IMG/VR virus record: IMGVR_UViG_3300028840_005911
Span: 1 to 64,000 of that record
Length of the DNA: 64,000 nt
Origin: a virus
Direction: 5' to 3' (one strand)
Positions within the stretch are counted from its first letter, which is position 1. Each line of letters opens with the position of its first letter. The position numbers and the translations under genes are program-made. This document shows positions 28,570-36,594 of this stretch, piece after piece. The notes under the pieces were generated by a model. That model saw only the letters and a list, made by a program, of their open reading frames with translations, did no database searches and was not told where the DNA came from.

Positions 28570-30587
28570 CAGATCCTCAACACCACAGAGCCATTGACGC
28601 CCTCCACCCCGTCACCCACTGCTCCGAAATATGTGGCGTAGTCGAAAACATCGCCGTCGATATCGACATCGTTGGTCGTAGCCACAAGGTTGGCTGGATT
28701 CTGCACGACCAGGCGAGCCCCGTCCTGTACCTGCCACGCCGTGACAACGTTTGAGCCAGTGACGTTCAGGATCTTGATATCACTTTTGACGTCGACACCG
28801 ACGCCAACGTCGTATACCTCGATCCGGGCCTCTGGCGCCGTGTGCCAGTGGATAGACGTTCCGGGGGTCTTGTCGATTCTCAAACCTATGCCGCTGGTCC
28901 CATTAGCGCCCTTCAGCATAAAGATAAACGTGTCGCCGTGCGGTAGGTACACGCCATCAACACCGACCAAATTCAGAATGGGTGCGGTCTGGCTGGCGCT
29001 CTCGTGGATAAGCAGATTACCGAGTCCAGTAAGGTAATGATCTCTGACCTCCAGCACCTCACGCGCAGAATTCGTACCGACGAACACACTACGAAACAGC
29101 TCCATTCCACCTGCGCCGTACCCTGCACTCCGATTGGAACCTCGCACCGTACATTGATCCATGTAGATCGTCCCGCGCTCACCAAGCTGATCGAAATGGA
29201 TGACAGGCGGATTGTTGGTCCTTACGTTCCAAATTTTGCACCCAACGACGTAGAGCATGCCGACGTTGTACGACATGCCCCAGAACGGATATGTGGCATT
29301 GCCGAACTGCAATCCACGATACTCCACATCAACGCCAAGCCTGTGCGGGGCCGCGTCAAATTGAAAGCTGCCAGCCCCGTCGCTGTCAACGCAGACCGCG
29401 CCCGGAGTTTGAATCTGAAACGTGACTGCACCTACCGCACCAAACCCTCCACCGACATATAGTCTGGTCGTCGTGTTCCAACCTATCGGGACCATCAGCC
29501 CTGCATTGGGGCCCGAGGTAATCACCGCGAAGCTTCCCTTGTGCTGATCGACAGTCCACGTGCCCGCGTCAGTTCGATCTATATAGGGCACGTATCCCAC
29601 ATTGTTTGATGTCGTGCCAGTGATGCCGCTTTCAAGGATGGTCGGTGTCTCGTCCTCGAAGATGATCTCACCCCAGCTCGACCACGGGTAATTGGTGAAG
29701 TCAGCGAAGAAGGCAGTAGGCGCGCCAGCCCTCACCCCTCCGAATATCCCGATGTGTCCAGTGTAGTTTGCTCCGAACGCGGCCAGTAGTCCTAAGTTAT
29801 TTGGTTTGGCGTACTGAACACCAGGAGCCACCAAGACCCTGATGGGGTACTTAAGCGCCACACCGGCACCCATCGTGATGTCCCAGGCATCGTCGCGGTA
29901 CTTCAAGTCGTACCCCAAGGCGTCATACTCAGCCTGGTTTTTTATCTTCGTCCCAGAGGGCGGTGAGGTTCCGGTAGCGTGGTCAACACGCATGGTAATC
30001 GGCGTCACGGTTTCAAGTAACGCATCCGGGTCCCCTGAGCCCCCGGCCCCAACGAAGCTACCATCGTACCTGTAGGCGGTGAGCTTCAGAGGCGTAGACC
30101 AGCTCTCATCTGCAGCAGTGTGTCCGTCATCAAGGTGAAGAAGCCCCTCCCCGAAATGCAGCTCCCAGTTGCCATCCGGTATAGGTGTGCCATCGTTCTG
30201 TTTCAGGACATAGGTGTACCCGGTTGACGACGAAGGTCCCCAGTATATAGGGCTGATCCAGTTCTTGACCCGCTCCGTCTCGAGCTGATCAAAGTCTGTT
30301 AAGGGGCCGTCAAAAGGCCATACTCCTGCATTGGTCTTCGCCACCCACAACTGACCGGCAGAGAAGGGGTCCAATGTGAGTTCGAAGTCGGTCTCTTGGA
30401 CCGCCGTTCCATCTATTACGGCCTGGGCGGCATCATTGTACGCCGGGTTCTCCGCCCAGACATCGCTCCCCGCCACGACGTGCCGAGTGCGGTAGGTCTC
30501 TTCGAACCACTGCTTGTCGGTCCTGGTATGGTGGACGTCTAGGGTATGTTTGAACCCGATGTCCCTCTTTTCGGTATTCGAAGCCAT
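28569..30587 (-). CDS. virion protein with C-terminal pectin-lyase-like beta-helix (672 aa)
   Basis: IRVLVAPGVQY entry motif followed by beta-helix-like coils. TGATG-coupled to the next gene. Confidence 0.6.
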   Translation of the reverse strand: MASNTEKRDIGFKHTLDVHHTRTDKQWFEETYRTRHVVAGSDVWAENPAYNDAAQAVIDGTAVQETDFELTLDPFSAGQLWVAKTNAGVWPFDGPLTDFDQLETERVKNWISPIYWGPSSSTGYTYVLKQNDGTPIPDGNWELHFGEGLLHLDDGHTAADESWSTPLKLTAYRYDGSFVGAGGSGDPDALLETVTPITMRVDHATGTSPPSGTKIKNQAEYDALGYDLKYRDDAWDITMGAGVALKYPIRVLVAPGVQYAKPNNLGLLAAFGANYTGHIGIFGGVRAGAPTAFFADFTNYPWSSWGEIIFEDETPTILESGITGTTSNNVGYVPYIDRTDAGTWTVDQHKGSFAVITSGPNAGLMVPIGWNTTTRLYVGGGFGAVGAVTFQIQTPGAVCVDSDGAGSFQFDAAPHRLGVDVEYRGLQFGNATYPFWGMSYNVGMLYVVGCKIWNVRTNNPPVIHFDQLGERGTIYMDQCTVRGSNRSAGYGAGGMELFRSVFVGTNSAREVLEVRDHYLTGLGNLLIHESASQTAPILNLVGVDGVYLPHGDTFIFMLKGANGTSGIGLRIDKTPGTSIHWHTAPEARIEVYDVGVGVDVKSDIKILNVTGSNVVTAWQVQDGARLVVQNPANLVATTNDVDIDGDVFDYATYFGAVGDGVEGVNGSVVLRI

Positions 30588-30588
30588 C

Positions 30589-30747
30589 CTACTCCATCTG
30601 CTCCGCCTTCTCTATAAGGCTGGACGCCAAGTTCAGGGCTTCCTGTTTGGTAAGCCTGACCGCCGATCCAACCTCCATCTCTATGTCCTGGGGATAGAAC
30701 CTCACCTCGAGTTTCCCGTCCTCAGTAATGTGCAGGTAGTGTCTCAT
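30589..30747 (-). CDS. small hypothetical protein (52 aa), absent from the ORF track
   Basis: Hand translation MRHYLHITEDGKLEVRFYPQDIEMEVGSAVRLTKQEALNLASSLIEKAEQME*. GGGGG SD; exactly fills the gap between neighbours. Confidence 0.65.
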   Translation of the reverse strand: MRHYLHITEDGKLEVRFYPQDIEMEVGSAVRLTKQEALNLASSLIEKAEQME

Positions 30748-30757
30748 GAGCTACCCC

Positions 30758-32743
30758 CTACGTCCAGTTATAGGCCCGGGCCCTGGTGACGTCCTGGGCG
30801 CTGCTGGTCAACATATCTATCCGGAAAATCACTATCCGGTCGGCCGGAATCGTGCTGAATGGCCCAAACGAGCAGTAGAAGTACTCATTGGTTGGGAAGC
30901 CTCCGGCCACCCCAGATAGAGACTTCACGATGCAACCCGGCTCAGGTGTTGGGAACTGAGCACTAAAGAACTCCCGTCCCATATCGAACCACACGGAGCT
31001 GACACCCGGGAGCATGAGATACATGTTGATGTCGCCGGAGCCACCGGGATCTATGTCCGGAGTCCCGGTGGCTATGGTAGTTACATCGAACCCCGGGAGG
31101 TAGATAACGATGTTGGCTCTCGTGTTCGGTGACGTATCGTGCTGGAATGGCCTTTGGTAGTCCCTGGTACTGGTCATCAGGCTGTAGTCAGTACCGGCTT
31201 GCTGAACTGGTCTCCTCGAGGCAGGAGTCAGGAAGTCGGTCACCGGATAGATGAGCTCTCCACCATAGACCTGAGCTCCATCATTCGTGGCATTATCCAA
31301 GGCCAGGGTGCTGTCGAACTTGTCTGCTCCAGTCGGGGGAGCGGCTGGCGCTGAGCTCCATAAAGTTTTTGACACTGCACGGTAGTCCTCATCGTTGAAC
31401 TGCTCGTCGGTGTCTGTACTGTTCGGTGTGGTCCTCTCTGTCATGATTGGCCCACTGGCTGAGTTGGCTGGTGAGGAGGTGTTGAACGGGTCCCGACCCC
31501 TCTGATTGATGATGGCATCATAGTCCCTGCCGGTCAGGTCGATTGCCAAGGTCTTCAACCAGGCAAACCCATCATCCCATACCGGATATGGAGGGTGAGA
31601 CGGGGTCACATCTGCATCGGTATAGGAGATGCTGGACGGCCCAGAGATCCCAAGCTCGTCCAGGTCCAACAGAGCCGGGGAGCTGTGAAACATGGCCTCG
31701 AAAACGTCCGAGATTGACCCAGCGATGTCGAACGTGGACCCTATACCATAGAACCTTATCCCCGACAGATAGACCAGATTGGGGGTATTCTCGACGACTG
31801 TGGGGACACCTGGTGTAGGAGGAGACCCGTAAGGACCGTCCACGAAGATTTCCCACTCATCTGAGTAGGGGAATCCCGCCCCGCCGCCAAGATGCTCCAC
31901 CAGCACTCTCAGGTATCCCCCGTTGGCCAGGAGAGTGGTTAGGGGAACGTTGACTCTGACCTGACCCTCATACCTATCGACATTCAGGGCCACCCCGAGG
32001 GTCTCGAGGTAACCATTCGGTGTTGATACCTGGTCCGTCCCGTCACAATCAATGGTCTCCTCATCGATGATGTCCTCGCTACCACCAGAAGACTGGTATC
32101 TGAGGAACCTGACCCGTAGGACGGTACCGACATCGAGCTCGGTGACATCCCCAGGGGTGGTGACCGTGTTCGAAGCCGATCTGGTGCCGGGATGGTTACT
32201 TCCGTCGGCCCAGTCCCCGCTCTGCGAGAATGAGTAGAACGGCGTCCCGGGGCTGGTAGGTTCCGACACCAGCCCATCGGTCCCCGAGGGGAATGGCAGG
32301 CGGGCGTCGGTGGCACCGTCCGTGGTCCCAAGATGAGAGGCGTATACCGGGACCGGCGTCTCGAAGAAGTGAGGTCTCACAATAATCTCATCGACATCGA
32401 TAGCTACAGCCACTGGCTGCTCGTAGGCAGTCCCCGGGGGGCTCTGGATAGTGGTCCCATCTGTATCGACATAGCAAACTAATCTTGGGGTCAGACCAGA
32501 GACACCCTTGAATGTGCCGGCATATTGAACGATGGCTTCTGTAGAGGAAGGCTTCGAGATTACGATACCGGCCGCAGGGACCTTGGCAGGGCTATCAGGG
32601 TCAACAGTATCGACCTGGTATTTTCCTGACTTGGGGCCAGTGATGTAAACCCAATCAAGGACATCGGTCGCCGCAGGGCAATCTGCCTCGAACGTCTCCG
32701 GAGCTGCAGGAACTCCGGCACCTGGTTCCTCGATCCGTGCCAT
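30758..32743 (-). CDS. virion protein with N-terminal DUF2190-like decoration domain (661 aa)
   Basis: N-terminal ~110 aa is clearly paralogous to 49969..50640 (DP..P.K.PA.G..I.KP..T...VQ..G). Confidence 0.65.
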   Translation of the reverse strand: MARIEEPGAGVPAAPETFEADCPAATDVLDWVYITGPKSGKYQVDTVDPDSPAKVPAAGIVISKPSSTEAIVQYAGTFKGVSGLTPRLVCYVDTDGTTIQSPPGTAYEQPVAVAIDVDEIIVRPHFFETPVPVYASHLGTTDGATDARLPFPSGTDGLVSEPTSPGTPFYSFSQSGDWADGSNHPGTRSASNTVTTPGDVTELDVGTVLRVRFLRYQSSGGSEDIIDEETIDCDGTDQVSTPNGYLETLGVALNVDRYEGQVRVNVPLTTLLANGGYLRVLVEHLGGGAGFPYSDEWEIFVDGPYGSPPTPGVPTVVENTPNLVYLSGIRFYGIGSTFDIAGSISDVFEAMFHSSPALLDLDELGISGPSSISYTDADVTPSHPPYPVWDDGFAWLKTLAIDLTGRDYDAIINQRGRDPFNTSSPANSASGPIMTERTTPNSTDTDEQFNDEDYRAVSKTLWSSAPAAPPTGADKFDSTLALDNATNDGAQVYGGELIYPVTDFLTPASRRPVQQAGTDYSLMTSTRDYQRPFQHDTSPNTRANIVIYLPGFDVTTIATGTPDIDPGGSGDINMYLMLPGVSSVWFDMGREFFSAQFPTPEPGCIVKSLSGVAGGFPTNEYFYCSFGPFSTIPADRIVIFRIDMLTSSAQDVTRARAYNWT

Positions 32744-32746
32744 CCA

Positions 32747-33217
32747 CTAACCCGACCTATCTCTTATAGCCTCTAGGCTGTCTGTGCCCTGGTTGTAAGT
32801 CTTGGCGGAGTCCTTGTTCATCGTTCTATCCATTAGACTCCCATTTGTCACTGCCGCAGGGGCCAGGGTGGGCTTCAGGTCTATCTTGTCTACCTGGTTG
32901 GCAATGTAATCGAGCTTGGATTCTATGGATCCGCCCAACGCTTGGGCTATCGCTTCCGACACCCAGATGTCCTTATTGAAATCCGCTAATACCTGGACGT
33001 TCCAGTACCCCTCTGTAGGGGGGGAGTACGACATCCTGTAGTTTCCGGTTGAGCCTATCTCGGTTATGGTAACGGTAAGGGAGGTTGACGCACCATCGAC
33101 ATACACAGATACGGTGAAATCTCCGGCTAGGAGTCCCGTTTTTGTGGTATATCCATCGTCATTGAACACCGGGAACTGGTCGATGATGGTCTCCCCTGGT
33201 GCGATAGAAAACATCAC
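32747..33217 (-). CDS. small virion protein, Ig-like N-terminus
   Basis: 156 aa, TGLLAGDFTVSVY...ITEIGSTGNYRMSYSP motif. Confidence 0.65.
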   Translation of the reverse strand: MMFSIAPGETIIDQFPVFNDDGYTTKTGLLAGDFTVSVYVDGASTSLTVTITEIGSTGNYRMSYSPPTEGYWNVQVLADFNKDIWVSEAIAQALGGSIESKLDYIANQVDKIDLKPTLAPAAVTNGSLMDRTMNKDSAKTYNQGTDSLEAIRDRSG

Positions 33218-33220
33218 TCA

Positions 33221-33589
33221 TCATTCTCCCTCGGCGGGCTTCTCCTCTGGTTTCTCTTCCGGCTCCTCTGGGGCCTTGAGTATCTTGTCTCCGAGTACAG
33301 TCTGCTTCAAGATCTTGTGGAGATGCCCGGTGCCCCACCCAAGAAGAATGCCGAGAATAAGCATCCATCCCCATTCTACGCCTGCTGGTCGCAGCCCAGG
33401 AAGCCAGAGAAGGGCCATGCAGAGAAGGATAGGAAGAACAGGCAGGAGCCTGATCATGATCGGCTTCTTGAAGAGACTTGGAAACATCCTCCTAGACACG
33501 GCGATGATAGTCCAGGAAGCCACCATTATCCCCAGGTTCTGAGGAGTGAGTAGTATCTTAGAGAGAGCATTGAGCGCTTGCTGTTCCAT
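33221..33589 (-). CDS. three-TM membrane protein; holin candidate
   Basis: Three hydrophobic segments and a charged C-terminal tail (APEEPEEKPEEKPAEGE). Confidence 0.6.
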   Translation of the reverse strand: MEQQALNALSKILLTPQNLGIMVASWTIIAVSRRMFPSLFKKPIMIRLLPVLPILLCMALLWLPGLRPAGVEWGWMLILGILLGWGTGHLHKILKQTVLGDKILKAPEEPEEKPEEKPAEGE

Positions 33590-33731
33590 GGGTATCTCCT
33601 ATGGTGGGCTTGGTGGACTGCTCGTCGAGATCGTCACCGTTCTTCTCAAGGCGTTCGGCCAGGTCTTTGAGTCGATCAAGGTTAGATTGTGAGCACTCAA
33701 CCAGCTCCTGAACCACATCCTTGCTACGCAT
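33558..33731 (-). CDS. small hypothetical protein (57 aa), absent from the ORF track
   Basis: AGGAGG SD. Hand translation MRSKDVVQELVECSQSNLDRLKDLAERLEKNGDDLDEQSTKPTIGDTHGTASAQCSL*. Confidence 0.55.
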   Translation of the reverse strand: MRSKDVVQELVECSQSNLDRLKDLAERLEKNGDDLDEQSTKPTIGDTHGTASAQCSL

Positions 33732-33741
33732 GGCGATCCTC

Positions 33742-34176
33742 CTATTCCAGCATGGACTGGATTGAGGTTTCTATCCTGGTGAGCAGGTTGGCCTGCTCCC
33801 TGGTGATCTTATCCACCTCCACGATTGAGTCCTTGAGCTCGTGGATATTCCCCTTCAGCTCCTTGACTGCTTCCTTGAACTCCTTCTTGGTAACACTATC
33901 TTGGGCCACCTTGATACGGAGCTCTTTGAGCTCGTCATCGGTCTTGTCGAGCTTCTCCTCAAATTCCTTGGTCAGCTCAGCCTGTTTGGTAGAGATGCTG
34001 TCCTTGAAGGCGACGAAGTCCTTCACCAAGGACTCGACCTTGGACTTGATGTCTTCGGTCTTGTCAGTGAATTGCTTCAGAGCTACCTTGATGAATATCC
34101 ACAGAAGTGCCGATATCAGACTGATGATCAGCATAAGGATCGATACGAATTCGAGTGATGTCGGCTCCGCTTTCAT
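33742..34176 (-). CDS. single-TM plus coiled-coil protein
   Basis: TM FVSILMLIISLISALLWIFIKVAL followed by a long heptad region. Confidence 0.7.
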   Translation of the reverse strand: MKAEPTSLEFVSILMLIISLISALLWIFIKVALKQFTDKTEDIKSKVESLVKDFVAFKDSISTKQAELTKEFEEKLDKTDDELKELRIKVAQDSVTKKEFKEAVKELKGNIHELKDSIVEVDKITREQANLLTRIETSIQSMLE

Positions 34177-34178
34177 AA

Positions 34179-34496
34179 CTACTCCCGAGAGAACTCACCC
34201 CCAGGCTCGGGCACAAATGCGATTTGCAAGTTTCCCCAAACCCATTTCACCTTTGGATTTTTACAATGAGGACACACCAACTCCCCAACACGGGAGACAA
34301 CAAAGAATTCCTGATTACACCTTTCACAAGTGCCCATGATCTGGGACTTGGTTACGGCCTTCGGCACTCCCCCAAAGTGCATCGTAAGCTTCATGATATC
34401 TGATGTGATGTCACGTAGCTTCTCGAGGTTCTCGTTCTTGCTCCTGAGAACCATCGCTAGGCTGTCTTCTATGTCTTCAGTCTTCGTCCGTACCAT
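34179..34496 (-). CDS. zinc-ribbon protein
   Basis: CERC...CPHC. Start taken at MVRTK (34496) to reduce the overlap; a TTG start at 34526 is possible. Confidence 0.65.
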   Translation of the reverse strand: MVRTKTEDIEDSLAMVLRSKNENLEKLRDITSDIMKLTMHFGGVPKAVTKSQIMGTCERCNQEFFVVSRVGELVCPHCKNPKVKWVWGNLQIAFVPEPGGEFSRE

Positions 34497-34920
34497 TTTC
34501 CAGCTCGATTCTCTTCGCCTGCTCAAGGATCATCTTCGGGGCAAGCTCCGCAGCCGCCCGGACTATCGAAGACGGGGTGGGGGCTGCCATCCTTTGTATG
34601 TCCTTCAGCTCCTTCTCGATCTCCGGGGTGCTGGCGTTGTCCTCTGCCAGATCCACTAACCTGTTGAGGCGGGCAGTTTGGACCATGTAGTTGTACTGCA
34701 TCTCTTCGAGATCGTCAGCTATCTGCATATTCCTGTTGACTGAGTAGACGGACACAGCCGTGAACACGACTATCATGGCGACCATGGCGATCAGGACCAG
34801 CTTCCTGGACTTGTTGGAGAGCTCGATCTCTTCCAGAACCTGGGCCATAGGCGGGGCGAGCTTGTTCCCGAGGATATCAGCGATCTTGTCCAGCTTCTCG
34901 TTCGTGTTTTCAGGTGGCAT
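34477..34920 (-). CDS. single-TM plus coiled-coil protein
   Basis: Start MPPENT has a GAGG SD. TM LVLIAMVAMIVVFTAVSVYSV. Confidence 0.7.
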   Translation of the reverse strand: MPPENTNEKLDKIADILGNKLAPPMAQVLEEIELSNKSRKLVLIAMVAMIVVFTAVSVYSVNRNMQIADDLEEMQYNYMVQTARLNRLVDLAEDNASTPEIEKELKDIQRMAAPTPSSIVRAAAELAPKMILEQAKRIELENGTDED

Positions 34921-35128
34921 CTTCAACCTCTTCATTTCCGTCCAGTATACTCTGCGCTTCCTTCTGTATCAAAAGAATTTGATTTCTAGTCTCTTCCAGC
35001 AGCTGCTTCCTGGTCCGGATGGTCTTCATTGCCTCCTCATGCATGCTACGCGCTTCCTCGAGGTCCTCCGTGTTCGGTCTCTCGGCCTTTTCTTCCTTCT
35101 TCCCTCTGAGCCACGACAGCAGTCCCAT
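34910..35128 (-). CDS. small coiled-coil protein (72 aa)
   Basis: MGLLSWLRGKK...; coupled to both neighbours. Confidence 0.65.
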   Translation of the reverse strand: MGLLSWLRGKKEEKAERPNTEDLEEARSMHEEAMKTIRTRKQLLEETRNQILLIQKEAQSILDGNEEVEDAT

Positions 35129-35129
35129 G

Positions 35130-35402
35130 TTAGCTCCTGTTCAGGCTCGCCAGCACAGCCTCTTTGAGTGCGGTCATGGCCGCGCTGAGCTCGCCCAATG
35201 CCTGGTTACTGCTCTGCGAAAACTCCATGAGCTCTTTGCTTAGCTCCTTAGCCTCAGCCACTCTGAGATTCTGGAGATCAATTAGCTGCGACTGCTGCTC
35301 TTTGGTGTGCTTCCACAGGAACCATACTGCAGCGGCCAGTCCGAAGATTACGAGACCCGGGATCCCGTAATCAGAAAGTATCTTCAGTGCCGTCTCTCCC
35401 AT
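35130..35402 (-). CDS. single-TM protein, BhlA/UviB-type holin candidate (90 aa)
   Basis: Start MGETALK has a GGTGAGG SD. YGIPGLVIFGLAAAVWFLWK TM followed by a coiled coil. Confidence 0.55.
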   Translation of the reverse strand: MGETALKILSDYGIPGLVIFGLAAAVWFLWKHTKEQQSQLIDLQNLRVAEAKELSKELMEFSQSSNQALGELSAAMTALKEAVLASLNRS

Positions 35403-35409
35403 GTCCACC

Positions 35410-35766
35410 TCACCAGATATTCTGTGGCCACAACAAGTGCCCACATATGACGCCCACCAGGACTATCAGCATTGGGATGGTCCTTGGGATATAACCCCCC
35501 AGATCGAGTATGAGTACCCCTATGCAGAGTACTGCGAGAATAGGGATCGAGATCTTCAAATGATTGGGCTCGTGGTCAAGGGGCCACGACATGTGGCCTA
35601 TGAGGATTCCCAGAAAAAATGGAATGACGGGCCTCTTCCAGAAGTACTCCAGGCTGACGGTGCTAATTGTATCTCTTGGGGTTGGTTCTATGGCGGCAAT
35701 GATGTCCCATACGATGGCCGTCGCTATCACTGACCATATGAGTCCGATTGTGATGTACCTAGTCAT
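35410..35766 (-). CDS. four-TM membrane protein
   Basis: Four hydrophobic helices. Internal repeat LIGHMSWP / ICGHLLWP. Confidence 0.7.
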   Translation of the reverse strand: MTRYITIGLIWSVIATAIVWDIIAAIEPTPRDTISTVSLEYFWKRPVIPFFLGILIGHMSWPLDHEPNHLKISIPILAVLCIGVLILDLGGYIPRTIPMLIVLVGVICGHLLWPQNIW

Positions 35767-36304
35767 TCTCTTTCCTACTCAGTAAACATACTAGTGATTT
35801 TCTGTTGGGGACCGCAGTCAGACGTCCGTAAGGCTTCAGGTCCTCTTGCGTCCACGCTGACCTGTGCTCCTCGTGGGGGTTTCCGAAGGCTGACTTCTGG
35901 GCAGACGGTCTGATGGGAGTAACCACTAAGATGTTTTTCGAACGGGCTGAGCAAAGCCTGAGGAACCGGGCACCATCCTCCTTCTCGAAATGTTCTATGA
36001 CATCGACCATCAGTATCAGATCGTAATTGTCGAGCTTCTCAATCACCTCCAGGGCGTTACCAAAGAAGACAGCGTCGTAGGCCCAGTCGTAGATAGGATT
36101 GTGGTACTCTTCGAATACCTCTATCCCGTCTATTCTGCGCCTCCAGTCATCATACCTATCCCGGCCGTCCCAGAGTTCCAAGTACTCCCTAGCAAGGACA
36201 CCATACTTACCGAAGCCGACACCGACGTCCAACATAGACATCGGGTTAACTCTCTTGATCAACGAGATGACGTCGTCGATCTGTGTCCACGCACTAGAAG
36301 GCAT
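35759..36304 (-). CDS. class I SAM-dependent methyltransferase (likely sugar O-methyltransferase)
   Basis: Motif I MLDVGVGFGKYG, acidic DGIEVF, YDLILMVDVIEH. Start MPSSAW overlaps the upstream stop (TAATG). Confidence 0.85.
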   Translation of the reverse strand: MPSSAWTQIDDVISLIKRVNPMSMLDVGVGFGKYGVLAREYLELWDGRDRYDDWRRRIDGIEVFEEYHNPIYDWAYDAVFFGNALEVIEKLDNYDLILMVDVIEHFEKEDGARFLRLCSARSKNILVVTPIRPSAQKSAFGNPHEEHRSAWTQEDLKPYGRLTAVPNRKSLVCLLSRKEND

Positions 36305-36585
36305 TACAGGACATTCTCCTTCAGCCACTTCTTCAGGGCGGGCTTCGGCTTCTCGGCACCCCGCGCAGAGGCGGAGTACTTCCTTCCGTGGCTAGAGCAT
36401 AGGAAGGCCATCCTGGTTGGTACCTTCTCCATGCAACCCTTGGCCTGGCACTTTCCACCCTTCTCGAGACGGTCGATGATCTCCTCCAAAGACTCGCTGG
36501 GCTCCCTAGTGATCTTCTCAGTGGTGTCCGCCTTCTCAGTCTTGGTGGTCTTCTTCACCTTCTTTTTCTTCTTTGTCCCGAACAT
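36304..36585 (-). CDS. basic protein with C3H zinc-finger-like motif
   Basis: CQAKGC...LCSSH with a Lys-rich N-terminus. Confidence 0.6.
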   Translation of the reverse strand: MFGTKKKKKVKKTTKTEKADTTEKITREPSESLEEIIDRLEKGGKCQAKGCMEKVPTRMAFLCSSHGRKYSASARGAEKPKPALKKWLKENVL

Positions 36586-36594
36586 CGACGTCTC

